Shown here one piece after another: positions 56,895 to 64,000 of a stretch of DNA of 64,000 nucleotides. Under the pieces are notes generated by a model. It was not told the DNA's origin and did no database searches. It saw nothing but the letters and a program-made list of their open reading frames with translations. How positions within the stretch are numbered: the first letter of the stretch is position 1; every line of letters starts with the position of its first letter. A program made the translations under genes and the position numbers. Source of the DNA: Spirochaetia bacterium (lineage in GTDB: Bacteria; Spirochaetota; Spirochaetia; SZUA-6; Bin103); the NCBI GenBank assembly GCA_965203055.1, contig OZ241863.1, forward strand, positions 4,384,001 through 4,448,000, in the 5' to 3' direction.

Positions 56895-58130
56895 TCACAG
56901 CACCTTCCACCAGGGGGCGGCGAGCACGCCGGGGGCCAGCCATTCGAGCGTGGTGCCGGTGTGCAGCAGCAGTCCGGCCCGGGCCTGCTCGCCGTATTCG
57001 GCCCGGAAGGTGCGCAGATGCGCCGCCGCGCCGAGCCGCGGGCGGCTGGTCGCCTTGACCTCGACCGGCAGCAGACGAGCGCCGGTCTCGATCACGAAGT
57101 CCACCTCCTCGCCGCCCGCGGTCCGCCAGTAGAGTACCTCGGCGCGGTCGAGGCGCGCGTCGCGCCAGGCCAGCAGGTCCTGCAGCACCAGGTTTTCCAG
57201 ATACGCGCCGGGAACTTCGCCGGCGCCGGAGCCGGCGCCGGCCACGTGCAGAGCCAGCCCGGTATCGGCCCAGTAGAGCCGGGGCGCCTTGATCAGCCGC
57301 TTGGTGCGGTTCACCGCGTAGGCCGGTACCCGCACCAGGAGATAGGAGGTCTCGAGCAGGTTGAGATAGCGGTGAACGGTCGGCTGCGGCAGCGCCGTGT
57401 CGCGCCCCAGTTCGGTCTGGTTGACGAGCTGGCCGAGCCGCAGCGCGGCAGCGCGCACCAGGCGCCGGAAGTCCGGCAGCGCAGCGATGGAGGAGAGCGA
57501 CTGCAGGTCGCGTTCGAGATAGGTGGTCACGTAGCCGTCGAACCACACCGCCCGCTCGCGTGCGGTCTCCATGCGCAAGGCCGGCACCGGAAAGCCGCCG
57601 CGGCGGGCCAGCTCGCGCCAATCGTCCGGCTCGCCGGGCTGCGCGGCCACCAGGTCGGGCCACTCCGCGTCCGGCGTTGCCAGCAACTCTTCCCAGATGC
57701 CGCAGCGGCCGAGTCCCCGCAGTTCGCGCCGCGTCATCGGCCACAGAGTGAGATAGCTCGCGCGGCCGGCGAGCGACTCCGCCACGCGGCGCATGAGGAG
57801 CAGGTTCGCCGAGCCGCTGAGCAGGAACTGCCCCGGCCGGCGTCGGCGGTCGATGGCCCGCTTGATGGCCAGCAGCAGCTCGGGGGCGCGCTGCACCTCG
57901 TCCAGGGTGACCGGCTCGGCCCCGCCCACGAGCGCCTCCGGGTCGCGCCGCGCCGCGTCCAGCACGTCCAGGTCGTCCAGCGACAGGAACCGCCGCCGGC
58001 CCGGCGTGAGGTCCTGCGCCAGCGTGCTCTTGCCGGTCTGCCGCGCCCCGGTCACCACCACCGCGGGCATTACGTTCAGGCGGTCGCGCAGGCTGCCGGC
58101 GACGTGCCGGGGAAGCGTACCGGTATTCAT
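56895..58130 (-). CDS. AAA_14 ATPase with HTH and DUF4143 PD-(D/E)xK-like C-terminus
   Basis: TGARQTGKST, LDEVQR, SGSAN, ESLAGR, RGGFP, TYLERD, EVDFVIE..VEVKA; ATG 58130 preferred (-10 box 7 nt upstream). Confidence 0.9.
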   Translation of the reverse strand: MNTGTLPRHVAGSLRDRLNVMPAVVVTGARQTGKSTLAQDLTPGRRRFLSLDDLDVLDAARRDPEALVGGAEPVTLDEVQRAPELLLAIKRAIDRRRRPGQFLLSGSANLLLMRRVAESLAGRASYLTLWPMTRRELRGLGRCGIWEELLATPDAEWPDLVAAQPGEPDDWRELARRGGFPVPALRMETARERAVWFDGYVTTYLERDLQSLSSIAALPDFRRLVRAAALRLGQLVNQTELGRDTALPQPTVHRYLNLLETSYLLVRVPAYAVNRTKRLIKAPRLYWADTGLALHVAGAGSGAGEVPGAYLENLVLQDLLAWRDARLDRAEVLYWRTAGGEEVDFVIETGARLLPVEVKATSRPRLGAAAHLRTFRAEYGEQARAGLLLHTGTTLEWLAPGVLAAPWWKVL

Positions 58131-58161
58131 GCCGTGAATGATAATCATTCACGGCATGAAT
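58125..58161. promoter_or_regulatory. Perfect 37-bp palindrome (18-bp arms, 1-nt centre), putative operator
   Basis: ATTCATGCCGTGAATGAT-A-ATCATTCACGGCATGAAT; covers the minus-strand TATCAT -10 box and ATG 58130. Confidence 0.8.
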
Positions 58162-58309
58162 GACTATAGATCGTACGGAGTGCCGTGTACGGCCCGGTCC
58201 GTAGCCGGGTAGACAGCCGGCTGATGAGAATTGTACTGTACTGTTGAAGCGCGACGCACGAGGTGTGATGTGAGCAGAAGGCACGGTAAAGCCGTGTCCA
58301 CTATTGACC

Positions 58310-59029
58310 ATGATTGACGAGAGTAATGCGATTCGTAAAGTGTCGGAGAAGTGGGGTTTTGGAATGGCGCCACCAAAGACGAATATTCATATGGATCGCA
58401 TTGCGGCGTGTAATCTTTGTCTAGAGATACTGTGTTCGAGAACACTCCGGGAATCGGAACCACAAACCTTACAGTCCCTAAGTACGGTAAAGGGTCTGTT
58501 CAATCGTATCGTTCGAGAAGACCAATGGGATTGGTTCACCGTTTCTGCGCAACTAGGATACCCATCGCGTCAATTGTCAAGGGTAATAGCGAACGAAATA
58601 GCATTGCTCCGGAGCGCGATAGCGAATAATAACCATGTCACGTTCAATCGCACATGTGCCCGTTTGTGTCGTATACCGACACGAGTTTGCCTATCGAGAT
58701 TCCTCGGTAAGGCAAGCGTCTACAGGAAGCCCGGAGCCGGATGGATATATGTGCTTTCGACGAGAGAGTTACGCGACTTGCTGAAAATAGGGATGACTAC
58801 TCGGGGAGTGGAGCACCGAGCTCGAGAGATCAATCGGGCAACAGGTGTGGCAATTCCTTTTGGAGTGAGGCGTTGTTGGCTTGTGTCTGATCCCACGAAG
58901 GCTGAAAGAATTATTCATCGACGCCTTCACAGATTCCGTCTTCGGGATGACAGGGAGTTTTTTCGGGTATCGTTCATAGAAGCGGTGCAGATAATAGATG
59001 CGGTGATGCGCGAGGAGTCACTTGAATAG
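58310..59029 (+). CDS. T5orf172/MUG113 (GIY-YIG-like) nuclease-domain protein
   Basis: GWIYVL...LLKIGMTTR...RAREIN.ATGV...AERIIHRRL...REFF; markedly AT-richer than host genes. Confidence 0.82.
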   Translation: MIDESNAIRKVSEKWGFGMAPPKTNIHMDRIAACNLCLEILCSRTLRESEPQTLQSLSTVKGLFNRIVREDQWDWFTVSAQLGYPSRQLSRVIANEIALLRSAIANNNHVTFNRTCARLCRIPTRVCLSRFLGKASVYRKPGAGWIYVLSTRELRDLLKIGMTTRGVEHRAREINRATGVAIPFGVRRCWLVSDPTKAERIIHRRLHRFRLRDDREFFRVSFIEAVQIIDAVMREESLE

Positions 59030-59147
59030 GAACTTTGGACGCTCTGGTTGAGTTGAGCAACGTAGCCGGCCAACAGTATAGCACGAAGCGCGCTCCTAGT
59101 AGTCGGCCTTATGAGTCTCCATCGAGCGCCTGATCGTCCGCGGGCGA

Positions 59148-59696
59148 CTACATGCCCCACACGGTGACCGGTCGGCCGGCGGCGGATTCGGTGCGGCGGA
59201 ACACCTTGTCGTTCCACGACCTGCCGGCGGTGCGGTCGAACAGCACCAAGTGGCCTTCGGCGGCCGCGTAGCGGTCCATGTAGGCGCGCGTCTGCGCCAG
59301 CCCGGTGCGGATGGTTTCGTCCCGACTGCGGCGCACCAGCTTGCACTCGATCACCATCCGGCGCGTGCGTTCCAGAGGCGCGCCGGCCGGCCAGACGATC
59401 AGCAGGTCGGTGCGCATCCGTCCCAGCCCGTACTCGCGCTCCACCCGGCCGCCCGGAGTTGACCACGCGCTGCAGGAACGCCTGCAGCAGCAACTGCGGT
59501 CCCGCCTCCCGATACTGGAACCGCTCGATCCAGTGCTCGGAATGCTCGCGAAAGAAGGTCTGAAACGCAACCAGCAGGTCGGCGAGCCGCAGCTCCCCGC
59601 TTCGTCTACGTACCAGGCGGGGGCGTGCGTAAGGCCGGCCTGCGTGGTCCAGGCAAGGTCGCGCGGGGTCACCTCCCGGTAGATCGGATTGGCCTC
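59148..59696 (-). pseudogene. 3' remnant of an AAA ATPase with C-terminal PD-(D/E)xK domain; 5'-truncated, two frameshifts
   Basis: ANPIYREV..., ELRLADLLVAFQTFFREHSE..EAGPQLLLQAFLQRVVNS and GGRVEREYGLGRMRTDL..VIECK lie in alternating frames; no Walker A. Confidence 0.78.
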
Positions 59697-59713
59697 CTTA
59701 CGTCTCTCTTACG

Positions 59714-61261
59714 TCAGCCGGCGGCCACCTCGAAGGCCGTCACGTTGCGCGTCTCGCGGCTGAACTCCACCCCGATCAGGTGGATCGGCTCCCCCCGACC
59801 GCGGTACTTGGCCGCGTAGCCGCGCTCCCGCAACTGCGCCAGCGCTCCCCCCGGCGGCGCCGTCTCCACCACCTTGAACTCGAACAGATACACGTGCCCG
59901 CCGGTCCGCACCGCCATGTCCAGCCGCCCGACCGCGCTCGACTCCTCCACCACGATGTCGTACCCCAGTGCCGCGAAGTAGGAATAGAACACGCTCGCGT
60001 AGTACCCCTCGTAGCGCGCGATGTCGTTGTTGGTGTGCCATTCATACGGGATGCCGGCGAAGAAGGCGTGGAACAACTCCCGCAGGCCGGCGCAGTCGTG
60101 CGCTTCCAGCAGGCGCGCCAGACGGATGCTGTTCGCGGTCTGCCGTCTGGTGTCCTGCACCAGCCGGCGCAGCAGCACCCGGTTCAGGCTCTGCCGCACT
60201 TCCCGGTTCGGATAGCCCAGCCGATACAGCGGCAACCCGCCCAGCTCTTCCTCCCCCGTGATCGTCAGGTAGCCGGTCTGGAACAGCAGCGCCTCGGTGC
60301 CGATGTGCTCCACGTCGAACGCCGACAGCAGGTCGTCGGTGCCGACCATCTCCTGCAGCGAGACCGACGACACCCGCCGCTCGAACAGCGTGTCGACCAG
60401 GAACGCCGGCGTGCCGGTCTCGAACCAGTGGGCGGCGAACTTGCGGCGGCGCAGCAGCAGCAGCACGTCGAAGGGGTTGTAGACCGATTCCTCGCCCAGC
60501 CAGCGATAGCCGTTGTACCAGTCGCGCACCCGTTCCCGGTCCAGTCCGTCGAGCTCCGGGGCGAACACGGTGTCCAGGTCACCCTCGGTATAGCCGCAGA
60601 TCGAGGAGAAGGCTGGGTCCAGCGTGATGTCGGTGAGGTTGTTGAGATCGGAGAACAGGTTGACCTTGGAGAACTTGCTCACCCCGGTCAGGAACGTGAA
60701 CCGCAGGTGCGCGTCGCAGTCCTTGATCACGCCGTACACGCCGCGCAGGTAGTCGCGGTTGGCGCGCGCCACTGGCGGCGTGTCCAGCGCTTCCAGGATC
60801 GGCTTGTCGTACTCGTCCACCAACACCGCGACCCGTTGCCCGCTGCGTTCGTGCAGCGACCTGATCAGATAGCCGAACCGCTCCGGCGCGGTGTCGTAGC
60901 GGGGGCGCACGCCGGCCGCCTGCTCCAGGCCGTCCAACTGCGTGGCCAGGTTGGCGTGCAGCTGGCCCGGCTCCTTGAAGTGGCCGCCGGCAAAGCTCAA
61001 CCGCACCACCGGATGTCGTTCCGACCAGTTCCAGCCGGCGTGGACGTGGAGCCCGGCGAACAGCGGCTCGTTGCCTTCGAACAGTTCCTTCAGCGTGTCC
61101 AGGAACAGGCTCTTGCCGAACCGCCGCGGGCGCGACAGGAAGTAGTGCGTACCTTCGTCGAGCAGCCGTTCGATGAAGGCGGTCTTGTCCACGTAGTAGC
61201 AGTTCTCCTCCCGCAGCTTGCGGAAGGTCTGGATGCCGATCGGCAGGCGGCGCTTGGTCAT
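59714..61261 (-). CDS. AAA-ATPase-like plus PD-(D/E)xK nuclease (PDDEXK_9) protein
   Basis: LPIGIQTF, YYVDKT, SRPRRFGKSL, VDEYDKP, LTGVSKF, EGYYASV, GRLDM..FEFK. Confidence 0.9.
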   Translation of the reverse strand: MTKRRLPIGIQTFRKLREENCYYVDKTAFIERLLDEGTHYFLSRPRRFGKSLFLDTLKELFEGNEPLFAGLHVHAGWNWSERHPVVRLSFAGGHFKEPGQLHANLATQLDGLEQAAGVRPRYDTAPERFGYLIRSLHERSGQRVAVLVDEYDKPILEALDTPPVARANRDYLRGVYGVIKDCDAHLRFTFLTGVSKFSKVNLFSDLNNLTDITLDPAFSSICGYTEGDLDTVFAPELDGLDRERVRDWYNGYRWLGEESVYNPFDVLLLLRRRKFAAHWFETGTPAFLVDTLFERRVSSVSLQEMVGTDDLLSAFDVEHIGTEALLFQTGYLTITGEEELGGLPLYRLGYPNREVRQSLNRVLLRRLVQDTRRQTANSIRLARLLEAHDCAGLRELFHAFFAGIPYEWHTNNDIARYEGYYASVFYSYFAALGYDIVVEESSAVGRLDMAVRTGGHVYLFEFKVVETAPPGGALAQLRERGYAAKYRGRGEPIHLIGVEFSRETRNVTAFEVAAG

Positions 61262-61300
61262 CGGCTCAATCGTACCACGTCAGCCGCGCGCGGTGGGGGC

Positions 61301-64000
61301 TCAGCACGGCGGCTCGGCGCGGGCAAGAAGGTCCTTGAAGGAGTAGTTGACGCTGGTGACGCCGAAGTCAGGCTCGCGGCGGAACGGGCGGCGCACGTAG
61401 TGCACCCGGTGGCCGCCGTCGTCCAGGAACTCGACGATCGCCAGGCGGTAGTCTTCCGGCTGATTCAGCGAGTAGAGCACCTCGTTGCGGGTGACCGTGA
61501 TGGCGTCCGCGCCGCGCACCCGGCCCTTGACCTCGATGAAGCGCAGCCGGCCGCTGTCGGGAACGCGGCTCTCCAGGTCGTAGCCGAGGCGTTCCGTTTC
61601 CCGGTCGGTCGGCTCGTAGCCGAGCGCCCGTTCGGCCTCCATGACGATGGCGCGCGCCCGCGCCGCGGACTCCTGCGTGTCACCGGCGGCCCGCGCCGGC
61701 GCGGCGGATGCTCCGCCCATGGCCGCCAGCAGACCGCGCGGCGCCACCAGCACGCCGCCGAGCATCACCGGCGGCAGCGGCGCCAGGCGCGCCTCCAACC
61801 GCAGCTCCCGCAGCCGCCGCCGCAGCCGCGTCTGCAGCGCGTCCGCCCGGCGGCGCGCCTCTCCGGAGTTCAGCTTGGCGCCGGGGCGGCCCGCCAGTTC
61901 CTGCTCCCGAAGCTGGGAGGCGCGGTGGTCCCAATGCGCGATCTCCTTGGTCAGGCGCTCCTTGACCGCGGCCTCGGTCTTGGCGATGAGGCCGAGGCGG
62001 GCCGCGCGCACCTCCTGCAGATGGCCGGGCACCGCGCGCGTAACCGCGTGTTCTTGCGCCTGCCGCTCCAGGCCGCCGCTGATCCACGCGCACTCCGGGC
62101 GTGCCAAGATCGCCGCGGCGCCCGGCTCCCCGTCCGCCAGCGGGCGGTAGTCGAGGTAGGGAGCGTAGTGCAGGTGGCGCGGCGCCGCGCCCGCGCTCAA
62201 CTCGACGTAGAGCAGGCGCTTGGACACCACCCGGCGTTCGCCGGTGCGGGTGCGGCGGGCGTCTTGAATCGCGTGCTCCAGATAGAACAGCACCCGCGGC
62301 GCGGTCCCGGAATCGCGCTCGTCGACCAGCACCGCGCCGCGCTTCAGCAGGTGGCGATGGCGCTCCAGCGTCAGGTCGAGCACCGCGTCGAGCAGCGGGT
62401 GACCGGGACACAGGAACGCGGCCGGCGGCTGCCCCGGCGGAGCCAGCAGGCCCTTCTCGAAGGCGGCGCGTTCATAGCGCGCCAGGACCGGCTCACCGGC
62501 CCCGAGCAGGCGGTCGCGGGCACGAACCGCGCCCGGCACGTGCGTAATCTCGTAGCGCCGCGGCTCGCGTTGGCGCAACGACCCGCCCAGCCGCGCGAAC
62601 GCCGCGCGAAAGAACGACTCGACGTAGTGCGGCTGCAGGCGCCGCGCCGCGGCCCGCTCCAGCTCCTCCCGCACCCGCTGCACGCGCGCAGCGTCCATGG
62701 CGTCCGGGGCCAGCGCCCGTTCCGCCAACAGCTCCTGCAGCCGGGCGCGGTCCAGGGCGGAGTCGAGCGCCGTGGTCAGCCGCGCCCGTACCTCCGGTTG
62801 CTCGCCGTAGCGGACCGCCTCCAACAGCAGGCCGCGCAGCGGGCGCCCGGCGAACTGCAACTTGCCGAGCACGTCGAACACCTGCCCGCCAAGGGCGGCG
62901 CGCGCCTGGTCCAGCTTCTCCAGCAGCCGCCGGTAGACGTCGCCTTCGCGGGTCTCCTCGGCCACCAGGTTCCACAGGTGGCACACCTCGGTCTGGCCGA
63001 TCCGGTGGATGCGCCCGAAGCGCTGCTCCAGGCGGTTCGGGTTCCACGGCAGGTCGTAATTCACCATCAGGTGGGCGCGCTGCAGGTTGATGCCCTCACC
63101 GGCCGCGTCCGTGGCCACCAGGATCGACACGCCGCGATCGTGGCGAAACGCCTCCTGCGCCGCGCGGCGCGCCTCCCGCGCCAGGCCGCCGTGAATCACC
63201 GTCACGGCCTCCTCGCGCCCGAGCAGCGTAGTGATGCGTCCGTGCAGATAGGCCAGCGTGTCGCGGTGCTCGGTGAAGATGACCAGCTTCGGCGGCGCTC
63301 GGCGCGTGGCGCCCGGCCCCAGTTCCGCGAGCAGGCCGGCGAGCTGCCGCCACTTGGCGTCGCGGCCGCTGCGCCGCACCCGTAGCGCGACCTCCTCCAC
63401 GTGTCGCAAGGTGCCGATCTCGGCCCTCAGTTCCGCTACCGAGCGGGCGGCCGTCGCCTGGTCGAGGATCGCCTCCGCGGTCTCCTCGAACTCGTCCGCC
63501 GGCAGGTCTTCCAGGTTCTCCAGGTCTTCCAGCTCGTCAGGTTCGAGCTCGACTCCGGGCGCGGGAGAGAGGCGGAAAGCGTGGCGGGCGGGGTTGCCGC
63601 TGCCGCGGCGCTGCAGCTCCAGTTCGCGCAGGCGGCTCTGCAGGCGCCGGCGGCGCCTGAGCAACGACTGGTAGATCGCCTCCGGCGACGAGGCGAGGCG
63701 GCGCTGCAACAGCGTCAGGGCAAAGCCCACGGCGCCGGCGCGGCGGTTGTTCCGCAACGCCTCGGCGCGGTTGAACTCCTCGCGCACGTAGCTGGTCACC
63801 GCCTGATAGAGATGCGCTTCCAGGCCGGACAGCCGGTAGGGGATGGTATGGGCGGCGCGCTCGGGAAACAGCGGCGTGCCGTCGAACTTGAGCAGCCGTT
63901 CCTTCACCATGCGCCGCATCAGGTCCGAAACGTCGGCGGCCTGCGCGCTGCCGCGGAACCGGCCCTCGAAGCGGTCGCCGTCCAGCAGCGCCATGAAGAG
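61301..64000 (-). CDS. SNF2-family helicase with C-terminal DUF3883 nuclease-like domain; 5' part lies beyond the window
   Basis: RRMVKE, QRRLASS, IFTEHRDT, ATDAAGEGINLQ, NYDLPWNPNRLEQRFGRIHRIGQ, GYDLES..FIEVKG. Confidence 0.92.
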   Translation of the reverse strand, partial: LFMALLDGDRFEGRFRGSAQAADVSDLMRRMVKERLLKFDGTPLFPERAAHTIPYRLSGLEAHLYQAVTSYVREEFNRAEALRNNRRAGAVGFALTLLQRRLASSPEAIYQSLLRRRRRLQSRLRELELQRRGSGNPARHAFRLSPAPGVELEPDELEDLENLEDLPADEFEETAEAILDQATAARSVAELRAEIGTLRHVEEVALRVRRSGRDAKWRQLAGLLAELGPGATRRAPPKLVIFTEHRDTLAYLHGRITTLLGREEAVTVIHGGLAREARRAAQEAFRHDRGVSILVATDAAGEGINLQRAHLMVNYDLPWNPNRLEQRFGRIHRIGQTEVCHLWNLVAEETREGDVYRRLLEKLDQARAALGGQVFDVLGKLQFAGRPLRGLLLEAVRYGEQPEVRARLTTALDSALDRARLQELLAERALAPDAMDAARVQRVREELERAAARRLQPHYVESFFRAAFARLGGSLRQREPRRYEITHVPGAVRARDRLLGAGEPVLARYERAAFEKGLLAPPGQPPAAFLCPGHPLLDAVLDLTLERHRHLLKRGAVLVDERDSGTAPRVLFYLEHAIQDARRTRTGERRVVSKRLLYVELSAGAAPRHLHYAPYLDYRPLADGEPGAAAILARPECAWISGGLERQAQEHAVTRAVPGHLQEVRAARLGLIAKTEAAVKERLTKEIAHWDHRASQLREQELAGRPGAKLNSGEARRRADALQTRLRRRLRELRLEARLAPLPPVMLGGVLVAPRGLLAAMGGASAAPARAAGDTQESAARARAIVMEAERALGYEPTDRETERLGYDLESRVPDSGRLRFIEVKGRVRGADAITVTRNEVLYSLNQPEDYRLAIVEFLDDGGHRVHYVRRPFRREPDFGVTSVNYSFKDLLARAEPPC

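Noticed and set aside
1..64000. Many long alternative-frame and antisense ORFs (e.g. 59780-63385, 13114-15783, 32138-34516, 48378-50249)
   Set aside because: Shadow ORFs expected at very high GC; Arg/Ala/Gly/Pro-rich, no motifs, and they overlap well-supported genes
46878..64000. Prophage, ICE or IS as carrier of the defence island
   Set aside because: No integrase, transposase, relaxase, phage structural gene, tRNA or att-like repeat recognised within the window

Overview
Very GC-rich bacterial chromosomal window with ordinary metabolic/transport genes interrupted by several lower-GC defence islets. Core genes: MFS transporter, heterodimeric ABC exporter, xth, O-methyltransferase, 5'-3' exonuclease, aapJQMP, gcvT-H-PA-PB, GH32, sulfatase, lactonase, Tag-like glycosylase, ArgE, thioesterase, ThuA-DUF1080, two TIM-barrel isomerases, TrmJ-like, Gfo/Idh/MocA and three PhyH-family dioxygenases. 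Defence islets: (1) 1-7080, a type IIG/DrmMI-like adenine methyltransferase facing a translationally coupled HEPN-like / KGGVGR-variant ParA / P-loop ATPase triad, the best candidate for an uncharacterised system; (2) 20010-25647, an HsdR_N-type nuclease with a SeqA-like C-terminus converging on a frameshift-split STAND/Avs-like NLR; (3) 43168-44487, an orphan ABC-type defence ATPase; (4) 46878-64000, a SNF2-DUF3883 helicase / DUF1156 methylase / Swt1-HEPN-DUF499 ATPase restriction-like system whose inter-gene gaps hold cargo (ImmA/IrrE protease, BrnTA, DUF4143 ATPase with a perfect 37-bp palindrome, T5orf172 nuclease, AAA-PD-(D/E)xK genes, pseudogenes). Several genes look leaderless. No rRNA, tRNA, CRISPR array, integrase or transposase was recognised. 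All family calls come from reading motifs by eye, not from database searches.
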